Source: a virus. From it: 64,000 nt of DNA. The translations under genes were made by a program, and so were the position numbers. Below the pieces are notes generated by a model. It ran no database searches and was not told the DNA's origin. It saw only the letters and a list, made by a program, of their open reading frames with translations. This document shows, piece by piece, positions 34,220 to 44,822 of the stretch (position 1 is its first letter; every line of letters begins with the position of its first letter). The DNA is taken from positions 89,884 to 153,883 of the IMG/VR virus record IMGVR_UViG_3300027833_000015; one strand, given 5' to 3'.

Positions 34220-35632
34220 TCAGAATACTTTGACAAAATAACTGGACTGGTCAACGTCCGACTGTGCATAGCGAAATAACTTGGTGGCGACATCGTCTCT
34301 CTTTGTAGCACTGCCTGCCTGTACACGATCAATGAATAGCATACATATCAATTTACTATTTTTGAATTTGTAATCCTTTGCAGCAAGTTCGGCATAGAAG
34401 TCTTCTTCTTTCAGAATCTTCTTTGATAATTTTGATTTGGAGTTGTGTTTTTTATATAAGTCCCACAGCAACTCTTGGTATGCACCATTCTTTTCATTAG
34501 ACTTTATCCATGACACAAGTCCCGACTCAGTATCATAACCATTGTAGATGCCTTTACTACTTCCAAACACTTCACGACAATAGAAGTCAATATTACCACC
34601 GCCAATCTTTCCACCAGCAGCATCACCACCTTTGACTTCCCCTTGCCAAGAAGTCTCACCACTAAATGTACGAAACTGCACATCACCAACATTGGTGTGT
34701 ATGTAGATATCTTGAGAGTTGAAGAACTCGCCCGTCTGCCCGAAAGTGAATCCCTCGTACTTGTAAGACTTCTGTCCAGCACGCGACTTCGGAGTGCCAT
34801 ATTCTTTGACCATTGCCTTTGAATTTTTTCCAACCTTCTTTAGAGAGATACCCAGCAGCGAAACTTTGGTGCCAGATCCCAAATTCCAAACTTTAGCATT
34901 GAGTTCGCCCCAACTGCTTGTGCATCCATCAAGAGGTTTGCTTGTGGGTGGTTCTGTTGATGCCCATATGTCTCCAGGATTCCACTTGTCGTTTGAGAAA
35001 CTTCCAGGTGCCTGCTGGTCTTCAGATTTTTTATCTATCTTATGTGTTGTCTTTTTTGCCTCATAGAGATTCTTCATGAAGGTAGAGTCACGATGAAAGT
35101 ATACTGGTGATGTCATCTTCTTGCCGAATTTTTTAAACAGTTCGTTTGCCGACTTCAGATAAACATCAGTCTCTATCCAATCTGATGGACCATTCTTTTG
35201 ACAATCTTTAAGGGATGCGGATGCTTTAACATACTGTTCACCCTTCTTTAAGTTGGCATCGGACACACAATCGACTTGCTTTTTTGCGACGTTGAAGACA
35301 TATGAGCAATAGTAACATTGAAGAGACTCCGTATATTGGGTGTCTTCTGCACCACCACCAGAACCTGCACCACCACCAAAATCTTTATCTTTGAAAACTT
35401 TATTGTATGAAACAGTAGTGATGACTGATTTTTTCTTGCCAACATAATAGGATAGGGTCTTTGCTTTCTTGTCATATCTAACACCATTGACAACCTTTCC
35501 AGACTTATTCTTACCTATAATAAATGGTCGTTTATCATCTATCTTTCTCTGAAAAATATCAGGTCTCTTGGTTCCAGCATACGGACCACCAGATGCGATT
35601 TTTGTCATATCTCCTGATTTCAATTCTGCCAT
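34220..35632 (-). CDS. Hypothetical protein, possible PD-(D/E)XK nuclease fold
   Basis: DKWNPGDIW...LLGISLKK. Confidence 0.55.
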   Translation of the reverse strand: MAELKSGDMTKIASGGPYAGTKRPDIFQRKIDDKRPFIIGKNKSGKVVNGVRYDKKAKTLSYYVGKKKSVITTVSYNKVFKDKDFGGGAGSGGGAEDTQYTESLQCYYCSYVFNVAKKQVDCVSDANLKKGEQYVKASASLKDCQKNGPSDWIETDVYLKSANELFKKFGKKMTSPVYFHRDSTFMKNLYEAKKTTHKIDKKSEDQQAPGSFSNDKWNPGDIWASTEPPTSKPLDGCTSSWGELNAKVWNLGSGTKVSLLGISLKKVGKNSKAMVKEYGTPKSRAGQKSYKYEGFTFGQTGEFFNSQDIYIHTNVGDVQFRTFSGETSWQGEVKGGDAAGGKIGGGNIDFYCREVFGSSKGIYNGYDTESGLVSWIKSNEKNGAYQELLWDLYKKHNSKSKLSKKILKEEDFYAELAAKDYKFKNSKLICMLFIDRVQAGSATKRDDVATKLFRYAQSDVDQSSYFVKVF

Positions 35633-35701
35633 GTTATACTCCTCATAATACCCGTCGATTGAGCAGAATGCTCCTCGTCATAGGAAATCTTATCTATAAC
35701 C

Positions 35702-36370
35702 TCACTTCTTGCGTCTTGCGATCACGATCAATCCAAACAATGCAGAACCAAACATCCATACTGCTGCGGGAATAGGAACTGCGCTGACATAAGAATAATC
35801 CACTTGGACATATGGTGAGTCACCGAATGCCATACAGTCGCTCCCCGATGAACACCCAGTGAATAAACTATCTGATTCAACACAGTTGCTATAGTTCCAC
35901 CACCCACACTGAGCGTCTACACCATCTGAAAAGTCAATGAACACAGTGCTGTTCTCCATAAAGAGCGATGTTTGTAGTGCGTCAAGGGCAAAATCTATCT
36001 TGTACCTGTATGCATTAGTATTGTTAAACCCTTTCATTTGAATGTCGTATGCACCCATAGGTGTTATACGATTGAAGTCAATGCTGTCGCCACCACCGAT
36101 ATTGATGGAGGCGAATTCTGTTTCTGTGTGGTCGAAGTCGCCTTGAAGGGTGAGCGTAAAATTGCTGGTGCTGCCAACTTTATGATCACCAGTGTTGAAG
36201 TCGAAATTGAAATGTTGTCCGTCAACCGTTTGATTTTGCGATTGAGACAGAGTCGTTTGTGTTGGATCATCAAACATGGTCGGTGTAGTGATACACAGAG
36301 TTGACCCGAAAGTGTTTCCCGAAATGGCAAGCAATATGCCTAATATTAGTATTTTATCGTACATCATCAT
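35702..36370 (-). CDS. Secreted VPLPA-CTERM (PEP-CTERM class) protein
   Basis: Signal peptide; C-terminal VPIPAAVWMFGSALFGLIVIARRKK. Confidence 0.9.
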   Translation of the reverse strand: MMMYDKILILGILLAISGNTFGSTLCITTPTMFDDPTQTTLSQSQNQTVDGQHFNFDFNTGDHKVGSTSNFTLTLQGDFDHTETEFASINIGGGDSIDFNRITPMGAYDIQMKGFNNTNAYRYKIDFALDALQTSLFMENSTVFIDFSDGVDAQCGWWNYSNCVESDSLFTGCSSGSDCMAFGDSPYVQVDYSYVSAVPIPAAVWMFGSALFGLIVIARRKK

Positions 36371-36392
36371 TCCCCTTTGGTTGATTCACATC

Positions 36393-36400
36393 TATTTATA
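36393..36400 (-). promoter_or_regulatory. T4-type late promoter TATAAATA
   Basis: Exact consensus upstream of the VPLPA-CTERM gene. Confidence 0.7.
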
Positions 36401-36842
36401 CAATACCCATGCGCTGCTCCCAAACATATGTCAACCATGCGTCATATATGGGTTGCTCTACTGATGCTGCTTCGACTTCCCATGGTGCTTCTGATTCGTT
36501 TTGTGGGTCATACCTGAACAACCTGCCATGCCAGTTGCACTCATCGTCCTCTCCACCCAAGGACAATTCTCTTCGTAGAAACTGCCTTGCGTGGACGAGT
36601 TCGTGCGCCACGGTCTTCATCTTATCAATCTTGCTGACCTTGCGGTCTGACATCTTCGAGGCAATATGAATTTCTGCTTCCTTGCCATCACCCCAACACA
36701 ATCCATAACTATCATTCTCGAGGGTTTGATAATATGACAAGTGGATCTCACCACGGAGTTTGTCAATTCCTAACCGTTGGGCAGCAAAGAAAGTAAACCT
36801 CTCCAAATAGAGAGGTGTTCGGTTGCAGAAGTCAATGTTCAT
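36396..36842 (-). CDS. Zincin-like metallopeptidase
   Basis: AHELVHARQ, PWEVEA. Confidence 0.75.
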   Translation of the reverse strand: MNIDFCNRTPLYLERFTFFAAQRLGIDKLRGEIHLSYYQTLENDSYGLCWGDGKEAEIHIASKMSDRKVSKIDKMKTVAHELVHARQFLRRELSLGGEDDECNWHGRLFRYDPQNESEAPWEVEAASVEQPIYDAWLTYVWEQRMGIV

Positions 36843-37198
36843 TGTTGACCAGATCTCAACCAGTCTTGCATGCTCTGACCCAGTTTCCACGCCTGATAGT
36901 CTATGGCATTGCCGAGTTGATTCTCTACCGTGGTCGCAGCATCGTTGCCTGCACGTGAGACCAATCTCTCTATCATGTTTGGTGCCGCTGGACCTTGCTT
37001 CAATCTCCAGCATCGGGGAACGTACAACGTGTCACCCTGCATGATGGGTTCACAATAGGACGACTCAACCTCGACCACCTTCGTGTCCGCTGGGATGGTG
37101 ATGGTGCGTGTCTGCTCTGCGTCTGCATCACTACTAACAAACATTGCCAGCAGTAGTGCACCACAAACAGCAACGGGTATGTATCTTGTTGGACTCAT
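36839..37198 (-). CDS. Secreted hypothetical protein
   Basis: Signal peptide ending ADA. Confidence 0.6.
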   Translation of the reverse strand: MSPTRYIPVAVCGALLLAMFVSSDADAEQTRTITIPADTKVVEVESSYCEPIMQGDTLYVPRCWRLKQGPAAPNMIERLVSRAGNDAATTVENQLGNAIDYQAWKLGQSMQDWLRSGQQ

Positions 37199-37199
37199 A

Positions 37200-37481
37200 T
37201 TACAATCCTCCTAATTTTAGGTATTTAAGGTGAGTGGGTAGTGCAAAGGCACCACTCCACGTGCGTTGTGCAGCGCGACGCTGCTTGATTTTTCTGCGCA
37301 GGATATTCCTACGCAGGTTGGCGAAACTTCTGTTATTACTTATAACAGTGCGCTCGAATTTTGTGTTGAGAACTGGTGAGTTCCCAGCGTACTGGCATGA
37401 AGCGTCCAGCAGACGCCAGTCCCACTGAGCGGGATTGCGTGCTTCACTACGGTCTTGCAACTGTTCGATTGTAATGCTCAT
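37200..37481 (-). CDS. Hypothetical basic early protein
   Basis: First gene after cassette copy 4. Confidence 0.6.
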   Translation of the reverse strand: MSITIEQLQDRSEARNPAQWDWRLLDASCQYAGNSPVLNTKFERTVISNNRSFANLRRNILRRKIKQRRAAQRTWSGAFALPTHLKYLKLGGL

Positions 37482-37578
37482 ATCTACTTCCTTCTGGTTT
37501 CACTCAATTCAGACTATATTATCGCGCAATCGAGGTACAAGGACAAGTTCGTAGAACCTGAATAGAATCAACAACCTA
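37482..37578 (-). promoter_or_regulatory. IHF/promoter cassette, copy 4
   Basis: Box AATCAACAACCTA 37566-37578; TTGTCC...GATAAT. Confidence 0.8.
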
Positions 37579-38034
37579 CACAGTTTTCTTCTTCTTGTGT
37601 GCTTGGTATGCTGCCTGATTCTGTTTCGCAGTCGTGTATTCTAGGTTGCTTGGGTGGTGGTTGTGCTGGTCGTGATCTTTGTGATTCACCTGAAACGAGA
37701 ATCTCATTTGTTTTTTGACCGAGACAGGCGTCCGCTTCCATTCTTTCTCAGTTACACCATCTGGTACGGGCATCGATTTTCGGTTGTATGTGTCACAAAC
37801 TGCGATATGCAACAAGACTGTGCGACTTTTCCTCATTGTGCCACCTATCCTCGAGTGGGGGTTGATTATAGTTTGCATCAAACCGAGGGTCGGATAAGAG
37901 TGATTCGGACCATCTTTGGGACGATAGTTGGGTTTCAACATCCTCCCCGTCTTCTTGTTGTAGACATTACCTTCCTCGCACATAACATAATCGGGGAAGG
38001 ACTCGTTGTTGTATAGGACTGTTTTGTATGTCAT
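37576..38034 (-). CDS. HNH homing-type endonuclease
   Basis: QVNHKDHDQHNHHPSNLEYTTAKQN; NUMOD4-like N-terminus. Confidence 0.8.
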   Translation of the reverse strand: MTYKTVLYNNESFPDYVMCEEGNVYNKKTGRMLKPNYRPKDGPNHSYPTLGLMQTIINPHSRIGGTMRKSRTVLLHIAVCDTYNRKSMPVPDGVTEKEWKRTPVSVKKQMRFSFQVNHKDHDQHNHHPSNLEYTTAKQNQAAYQAHKKKKTV

Positions 38035-38036
38035 AA

Positions 38037-38429
38037 TTAGATCCCTGCCCAGCATAAACTCAGTTCCTCGTCATCAACGTGACCCCGAGCAAAGTTCAGT
38101 GCTGGAGCATGCCAAGACGCTGCCTTGAGGATGTCACCGACCTTGAATCCTTTGGTCTCTTTCCTCACGATGAACCCAACCACTGACTGGCGAATTCCCT
38201 CGCTCCGAATGACCTTGATGTAGTTTCGACCATCTTTGAAGATAATAGTGTACCTGTCGTGGCAGTCTTCATCTGCCTTGCTCTCCGACTGTTCAGACGT
38301 CAGCGCATAGTCGCTCACCTCTACCAGCAGCGAGTCACGCATCTTCTCTGACGTCTGCTCAGTCCACCGCGCATAGTCACTTTCTAGTATTTCTTTGACT
38401 CTTGCCTTGCCTGCTTCTATATCACACAT
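38037..38429 (-). CDS. Conserved phage early protein
   Basis: GRNYIKV...GDILKAASWHAPA...ARG motif. Confidence 0.7.
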   Translation of the reverse strand: MCDIEAGKARVKEILESDYARWTEQTSEKMRDSLLVEVSDYALTSEQSESKADEDCHDRYTIIFKDGRNYIKVIRSEGIRQSVVGFIVRKETKGFKVGDILKAASWHAPALNFARGHVDDEELSLCWAGI

Positions 38430-38526
38430 ATCTACTTCCTTCTCGTTTCACTCAACTCAGACTATATTATCGCATAATCAGGGTACAAAGACAAAGTCTC
38501 AAATACCCTGTGGAATCAACAACTTA
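38430..38526 (-). promoter_or_regulatory. IHF/promoter cassette, copy 5
   Basis: IHF box 38514-38526. Confidence 0.8.
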
Positions 38527-38850
38527 GTGAAAGTTGCCCTCTAGACAGTGTCGCATCTCGTGACCGAGACTATTCATATAAGTGTTAGAGTGTGAGTCAC
38601 GATAAACGTGGATTTCACAAACAGTACCCTTCATAGAGAATAAGGCATACCCGTCGATTGTCTCACCTTTGGGATACTGATTTCTTGGAGTCTGTCGTGC
38701 GTTATAGGACTCAAGCAATTCTTGGCGGTCATCGTATTTAATCACGGTGATCTGCATTTCCTGCTCTGATTTATCAAAGTCCTGCTTTGCTTGTGCACCA
38801 GCAGACGCTGCTATCGTGCTCAAAAGTAAAATCGCTGCTATAATTTTCAT
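38524..38850 (-). CDS. Secreted small HExxH protein
   Basis: Signal peptide; LGHEMRHC. Confidence 0.65.
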   Translation of the reverse strand: MKIIAAILLLSTIAASAGAQAKQDFDKSEQEMQITVIKYDDRQELLESYNARQTPRNQYPKGETIDGYALFSMKGTVCEIHVYRDSHSNTYMNSLGHEMRHCLEGNFH

Positions 38851-38948
38851 CTTTATTTTCCTTTGGTTTCTCTCTCAACTTGCAACCATTATAGCGCGAC
38901 CAAGAGACAAAGACAAAGTCTGAAAAAGTGAATAGAATCAATAACTTA
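38851..38948 (-). promoter_or_regulatory. IHF/promoter cassette, copy 6
   Basis: IHF box 38936-38948; TTGTCT-17-TATAAT. Confidence 0.85.
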
Positions 38949-38961
38949 CGGAAAGTGGTGT

Positions 38962-39393
38962 TTACAGGAGTGCGGGCATCAGTTTCAAGAGACCAGATTC
39001 CTGCTTTGTGAGACCACTGATTCCTGTCTCGATGACCACAGCACTGGAAGATACCTGTAATCTTAGAAATGCGTCGAACCCTTCTGACTGAGTATATAAT
39101 GAAGTGCCTGTTACTCGAGGAAACAGGTTTCCGAGGAGAACAATTTCCCCGTTGGCATCAGGCATCTTTATTCGCCAACCAAGATCGTTGCGACAGAAGA
39201 AGTATGAAGCAATGGACTGACCTGGACCGATGTTATCGCCCCCAGTGGTGTCGAAGGCAGCAGGATACTTGGCATTGTCGCCATCTCTTACCCACGTCTT
39301 CCACGCACTATACAGGTCTTCTCTTGCGTTAAAAGTACCAACGCTCGGAAATTGTATTGTCAGTTCTGTACCATTAAATATTGCTGAAGGCAC
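38962..39393 (-). CDS. Structural-island protein
   Basis: DLYSAWKTW motif, similar to ALYSFFKEEW in the 43473..44798 protein. Confidence 0.65.
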   Translation of the reverse strand: MPSAIFNGTELTIQFPSVGTFNAREDLYSAWKTWVRDGDNAKYPAAFDTTGGDNIGPGQSIASYFFCRNDLGWRIKMPDANGEIVLLGNLFPRVTGTSLYTQSEGFDAFLRLQVSSSAVVIETGISGLTKQESGLLKLMPALL

Positions 39394-39402
39394 GGTTATC
39401 CC

Positions 39403-42246
39403 TTATGGGTTTGTGTAGTTACGATCAAACCGCTGCTGTATTGGCAGACTTACGTTTGATGTGGTATCAACATTCGATAGTTTTAAGTATTTATAATCGA
39501 TGCTAACCAGTACAATATCAACAGAAGATATACCAAGCAGGTCAAAAGATTCTGAAGTTGTAGAATTTTCAACCGCACCAACCTCAACACCAGTGGAACT
39601 ATCATAGACCCTGACTTCTGTGTTGACCTGTAGAGTGTTGAGTGTTAACACAACTGGGTTTAAAATATTGATTATGCCATCCTCGGTTGCAAAGCATTTG
39701 TCAATGACTAAGTTTGTGCCATTTGAGTTTGTCCAGTTTAAAGTGCCTGTTCCGCGCCATTCAAGATGTAAACTACTCAAAGGATTGAATGTTAGATTAT
39801 CTCCAGATAAGTTTAATGTGCCAGATGCATTTGCGATACGGATGGTAAGAGAGTCATTGGCAAATGTAGAATTTGCCAGAGTATCTAACTGCGCTTGCAT
39901 ATTTTCTTCTGTACCGTTTGTTATAACGTGTGTCGGTGACGCACCTCTGTTAAACACTTCTTCCATTTTATCATCGGACAAAAACTTCGTCCATGATGCC
40001 CAATATGCAAAGTATGTATCCTCTTGATAAGCAAATGCTACGTCAGTGCCACCCACCTCTAAGTTACCTTGTGCTGCCCCGAACACAATATCTCCAGAGT
40101 GACCATCAAGGTCGGTTGCTGCCATTGGGTTTCCTTGTGATGCGGTTTGACGGACACCATCAATATAAAGCATAAAATTTCGGTCGGTCGATGTGTTGTA
40201 GTCAAACTTAAATGCAATATGGTAAGACCTATTGGGTTCTAAGGAAAAATCACTAAACGCTTGTATATTATCATCGCCAGTATCTGCCAACTGAGCAATG
40301 AGGACATTACCCACCCCCACAAAAAAAGCAAGGTTGTTTATCGAACCACCTTCCTCATAAGCACAAGACAATTGTTTCTGTATTCCACCCAATCGAATCC
40401 AACCACCCATTGTCCTTGTCGTTTCTGCTTGGTTATTCATAAAGTCAGAGTTTGGGACTTCTCTTTTTCCATTTTGATTGCGCCAAGAAAGTGTAGTTCC
40501 ATCCACTAGAGGAACGGAAGCAAACCCATTTACTCCTGTTGGGGTTACTGTCATATTATTAGTACTGATAGAATCGTCATAGTCACCATCTAATTTCCAA
40601 AGGTGATCTGGTTCACTCTGTTCGATAACGAAAGCATAAGATGCTAGTCCAACGCTTATCGGTAACAGATTACTAGATCTACCAAAACTTGTGACCCACA
40701 GGTACGCTTGTCCTTGTATAAGGGATATAAGATCAGTACCATCAAACGTAATCTGTGTGTCAGACCAACTGGTGACAGTCTGTGTAACACTAGATGAACG
40801 ATCTGAAGAGTTTGATATATAAACACCTCCACTACCTTGATTAGGACCAAACCTCGCCCCTTGAATAGTAAGACCAGTTTGTGTAAGCGAAATGGTTTCG
40901 TCATTTATACTATTGACTGATGGTGGAAATGAATATGATCCATAAAGACTCGTTAATGATAAGACTGAAAACTGAGATTGATCTGCGTTGAGTGCCCCAG
41001 CAACTGCTGATGGGTTTGTTAATATTTGCATTGAATTATTTTGTTCGATTGGAACAATGTCTCCGACCGTCACCGCACAAACTCCAGACCCTGCTGCTCT
41101 ATGATAGACACCAGCACATGCAGTAGTCGATGCAACGTTGTTCGACCTCACTTTTATCAGTGGATATGCCCTTTGTGGACTATCTGGGGCATCTTGGTGG
41201 AAGGTGGAAAAAACCAGACAGAAATCAGTTTCACCCAAAAGAGTTATATCACTACTATTATTGGTCGCAGAAAACCTAGAAGAATCTATATAATCGACAG
41301 TGTCAAATGTAAAATTGCCACTTTTATTATAGTCACCAGAAGTCGCCCCCAACATTGCAACATCTCCTGCGCTGGGTATTTTCCAAAAATGTATAGTCGC
41401 GTTATCTGCAGGTATGACGAAAGTGGCAGTCCACGGGATTGCACATTTTAATTCTATTGAAGAGTTCGCAGGAAGGTCTACTATCCCTTGCCATGTCAAA
41501 GCGGCACTCTGCGTTCCATCAGCACCACGAACATAAGAATAACTTTGTGATGCAGCAATCTCGGTTCCATTATTTGTAAGTCTGCCCACAACGTCTTCGC
41601 GACCCGTTCCTGTTTGCGAACACTGAAGAGAATAGGTTATATAATATCTTCCTGCGTCTGCTATTGTAATAGCATTTCCCACTCTAGAAAACGCAGCATC
41701 TTCTAGAAGGTTTGAGTTAAAAGCAATCGTACTTTCTGTTAGATTCAAGTTTTGTGATGCGGTTGCTTTGTATAAACCCAAGTTATCCAAATCATCTATC
41801 TGTAAAACGATAACAGAACCAAAACCCGAAACACGGTTGCAAGGACTTACGGTACTGTCATCACTTCTATAAAACCTTGTCGTGAATGTTGCTGTGCTAG
41901 CAACATCGATGAGCATTGAACTGCCCATATAAACTTCTTGTTGTCCAGTTGTCTTTCGGATGTAGTCTTGACAGAATCCACCATTTCCTTGTGCGCCAGT
42001 TACAATCAACTCTCCCTGTATTTCAAACCTGTCATTATTGGTTATGTCATTGGTCAAGAATGACTCAGAATATAAGACCAAGTATTTTCCTGATGAGAGG
42101 GTAAAGACTCCACTGTTGTAAGTTGCAGCAGAACCTTGAATGACAGATTCATTGTCCCACTCAAGATCAACAGGTACTCCCCCATTTGGAAGTACGGTAG
42201 TATTATCTGAGAAGTTACTTCTAATGTAGATGTCACCGATTGCCAT
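39403..42246 (-). CDS. Large virion adhesin-like protein (IPT-like + LamG/ConA domains)
   Basis: SWSDTQI, HLWKLD, MLYIDG; C-terminal DRNYTNP. Confidence 0.7.
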   Translation of the reverse strand: MAIGDIYIRSNFSDNTTVLPNGGVPVDLEWDNESVIQGSAATYNSGVFTLSSGKYLVLYSESFLTNDITNNDRFEIQGELIVTGAQGNGGFCQDYIRKTTGQQEVYMGSSMLIDVASTATFTTRFYRSDDSTVSPCNRVSGFGSVIVLQIDDLDNLGLYKATASQNLNLTESTIAFNSNLLEDAAFSRVGNAITIADAGRYYITYSLQCSQTGTGREDVVGRLTNNGTEIAASQSYSYVRGADGTQSAALTWQGIVDLPANSSIELKCAIPWTATFVIPADNATIHFWKIPSAGDVAMLGATSGDYNKSGNFTFDTVDYIDSSRFSATNNSSDITLLGETDFCLVFSTFHQDAPDSPQRAYPLIKVRSNNVASTTACAGVYHRAAGSGVCAVTVGDIVPIEQNNSMQILTNPSAVAGALNADQSQFSVLSLTSLYGSYSFPPSVNSINDETISLTQTGLTIQGARFGPNQGSGGVYISNSSDRSSSVTQTVTSWSDTQITFDGTDLISLIQGQAYLWVTSFGRSSNLLPISVGLASYAFVIEQSEPDHLWKLDGDYDDSISTNNMTVTPTGVNGFASVPLVDGTTLSWRNQNGKREVPNSDFMNNQAETTRTMGGWIRLGGIQKQLSCAYEEGGSINNLAFFVGVGNVLIAQLADTGDDNIQAFSDFSLEPNRSYHIAFKFDYNTSTDRNFMLYIDGVRQTASQGNPMAATDLDGHSGDIVFGAAQGNLEVGGTDVAFAYQEDTYFAYWASWTKFLSDDKMEEVFNRGASPTHVITNGTEENMQAQLDTLANSTFANDSLTIRIANASGTLNLSGDNLTFNPLSSLHLEWRGTGTLNWTNSNGTNLVIDKCFATEDGIINILNPVVLTLNTLQVNTEVRVYDSSTGVEVGAVENSTTSESFDLLGISSVDIVLVSIDYKYLKLSNVDTTSNVSLPIQQRFDRNYTNP

Positions 42247-43466
42247 TATGGATTCTCGTAATTTCTGTCAAATATCTGGGTAACAGGCAGGTCCACATCA
42301 CCAGATGTCATATCAATGGAGTCGACCCGTATATACTCATAACCAATATTATGTAACACAACGTCGACACTCGAAGACTGAATGGAAAGAGAAAAACTTG
42401 TACCTGAATCTTCCACGCCTCCCAATTCTGCCATTGTTCCTGCATCATAAACCCTCACTTCTGTGTTGGGCACGAGAGGGGATATTGTCAAAACTGCTGG
42501 GTTCACGATTGTGACTGTGCCGCCATTGGGGGTAGAAAAAATAGAAGCATTGGAACCATTTGTATTAACATATGTTAGCGTCCCAGTACCCATCCACTGT
42601 AAGTGTACTGATGCAAGTGGGTCGTGGGTTATATTATCTGCCACGAGAGAAAGGTCGCCACCATTATCTCGTACACGAATATTCAATGGTTCGTCTGGTC
42701 TGACTGTACCTGATAACGCATCTAAATCTTCTTGATCTGCAACAGTGACTCTTGGCAACACTCCTTTTTCGAAGAGTTCTGTTCGGATAACACTTTCGCT
42801 CAAAGTTACATCAGAGAATGAAACCCAGTAATTATGTCTAAGACCCTCAGTGGCATTCAAAACAGTGTTCGCACCACCCACCTGCGTAGTGGAACCATCA
42901 GGTGTTTGACCGAAAAATCCTGCACTTCTTGCAGATAGTGAAGCGATTGATGGAGTCCCACTTGCTGGATTAGATACTGACTGTCGCACACCATCGATAT
43001 ACAACGCAAAAATATTTTCAAATGCACTACCACTAAAGACTGCGCATAAATGATATATCCTTTCTGGTTTTAACGCCCTGTCAGAATATGCCTGATATGT
43101 TACATCGTTTTCATGGATATCGAGCATGAGTTTATTTCCTGCCCACATGGTGAGATTAAATTGATTCCCTGTCAATCCTTCCCGATAGATATTTTTAGGT
43201 GGAAGTTGGATAGCACCAACGCGCAACCAACCACAAATGATCTTTCTAGACATCGCTCCATCGATATTGTCTTCTTGTAGAAGGGCAATACTATCATCCA
43301 CACTATTCATAAAAGCAGATTCAGTAACACCCTCACAGATTTCTGAGTTTGCAGAGATAGAAGTTCCTATCCCTAAATTAGTGCCAACTTCATCGGTGAA
43401 TGTCGCCCCAGACATTCTCCATATATGCTGGGGCGACAATGCAACAATATCATCAAGATATGCCAT
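42246..43466 (-). CDS. LamG/ConA-domain virion protein, paralog of the 947-aa protein
   Basis: HIWRM, ALYIDGVRQ; C-terminal DRNYENP. Confidence 0.7.
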   Translation of the reverse strand: MAYLDDIVALSPQHIWRMSGATFTDEVGTNLGIGTSISANSEICEGVTESAFMNSVDDSIALLQEDNIDGAMSRKIICGWLRVGAIQLPPKNIYREGLTGNQFNLTMWAGNKLMLDIHENDVTYQAYSDRALKPERIYHLCAVFSGSAFENIFALYIDGVRQSVSNPASGTPSIASLSARSAGFFGQTPDGSTTQVGGANTVLNATEGLRHNYWVSFSDVTLSESVIRTELFEKGVLPRVTVADQEDLDALSGTVRPDEPLNIRVRDNGGDLSLVADNITHDPLASVHLQWMGTGTLTYVNTNGSNASIFSTPNGGTVTIVNPAVLTISPLVPNTEVRVYDAGTMAELGGVEDSGTSFSLSIQSSSVDVVLHNIGYEYIRVDSIDMTSGDVDLPVTQIFDRNYENP

Positions 43467-43472
43467 TAAGGA

Positions 43473-44798
43473 TTATTCTACACCAGCATTACTATAGTTT
43501 CTTTCCAGCGTAGATACAAGCGATATGTTCTGACCAACAGAACGACCAATAGTACCTGTAGCAAGTACATACTGCGCAGTTCCTTCGCCAATCGCAACTA
43601 CCGTAACATCAGCGTCGGTTCCTGAGGAACGACCGCCTTGGACGTTTCCGTCGTAGTCAAAGTCAAATCCAATAGAAGAATTCCCAGAAACGTCTCCGCT
43701 TATAGGATTGCCGCTGTTATCATTAACCAGAAGGGCACTAGCAGAACCAAAGGTGCTTGTGAAGAACACGCGATAGATCGCAGCAGGATCATCCGACAAG
43801 TTGCTGTTAAAGTTCAAAGAACCAGCAGCAACGAATGGGAACTGGATTTCATTACCAGATTCATCGGTGAAGATGATTCTGTTGGTATCGTTTGCTTGGA
43901 AGTTATCAATGTAAACACCCTGGGATGTTTTAAGTGTATCACCAACAAAACCCAAGAGGGCATCTGCCAGTTCGCCAACTTCACTACCATCACCGTCATC
44001 AATATCACCAGACAGACGTAGTTGTCTCTGAATGAATGCATATATCTGTTCTGCTGTACCACTGTTGCCATCGATGACAACATCAAATTCGTAGTTGACT
44101 CCACCGATATCTCTTTCAGCAGAACCATAAACGATGGACATGCCAGTGTAAGGTAGAGCAGAATCAATAGCAGAATCCGCAACAGTGATCTTTAAATCCG
44201 CTGCTTCAGATAGTGGGAATCGATATGCAATGTAACTAATGTTCGTCAGACCAATGGAGGTCGACGTTGAAATACCGTACAACTTGCCCTGAATACGAAT
44301 ATACAGTGTCAATACCTGTGAGCGGTTATCAAAAGCACCGTTGCTTCCATCACCAAAGGTTTGAATACCCTGATTGATTACTCCAGGAAAATCGAAAGAA
44401 GTTTTTGCAGACTGGTTGGCAAAAGCATAATAGGCAGTGTCGGAAGGATCAATGGCACCCAGAGATACAATACCAACATACTCTCGCAATACAGCATTGC
44501 TCGCGTCCAGTTCTCTCCAACCACAAGAACGCAACAAGTTGCGCGTGGTGTCGTTAGCAGGTTTCCATCCTTTACGGAATTCGAACTGCTCGGGGGTCAA
44601 TGATTCCATTGGGAATTCATATGGGATTAAAGATGCATCTGTTTTCCATTCTTCTTTGAAGAAAGAATATAATGCCTGTCCTGTTATACCATCATCACTC
44701 AGGTTTCCCGTAACATTCAATGTGAATGTCAAAGAAGAAGAGTCAATTGTTATTTCAACTCCCTGTGAAATGTCATCTGGATCTACTATTAGTGCCAT
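43473..44798 (-). CDS. Structural-island protein (beta-rich)
   Basis: GQALYSFFKEEWK; C-terminal ERNYSNA. Confidence 0.65.
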   Translation of the reverse strand: MALIVDPDDISQGVEITIDSSSLTFTLNVTGNLSDDGITGQALYSFFKEEWKTDASLIPYEFPMESLTPEQFEFRKGWKPANDTTRNLLRSCGWRELDASNAVLREYVGIVSLGAIDPSDTAYYAFANQSAKTSFDFPGVINQGIQTFGDGSNGAFDNRSQVLTLYIRIQGKLYGISTSTSIGLTNISYIAYRFPLSEAADLKITVADSAIDSALPYTGMSIVYGSAERDIGGVNYEFDVVIDGNSGTAEQIYAFIQRQLRLSGDIDDGDGSEVGELADALLGFVGDTLKTSQGVYIDNFQANDTNRIIFTDESGNEIQFPFVAAGSLNFNSNLSDDPAAIYRVFFTSTFGSASALLVNDNSGNPISGDVSGNSSIGFDFDYDGNVQGGRSSGTDADVTVVAIGEGTAQYVLATGTIGRSVGQNISLVSTLERNYSNAGVE

Positions 44799-44822
44799 CG
44801 CTTTATGCCTCTGTTATTATTT

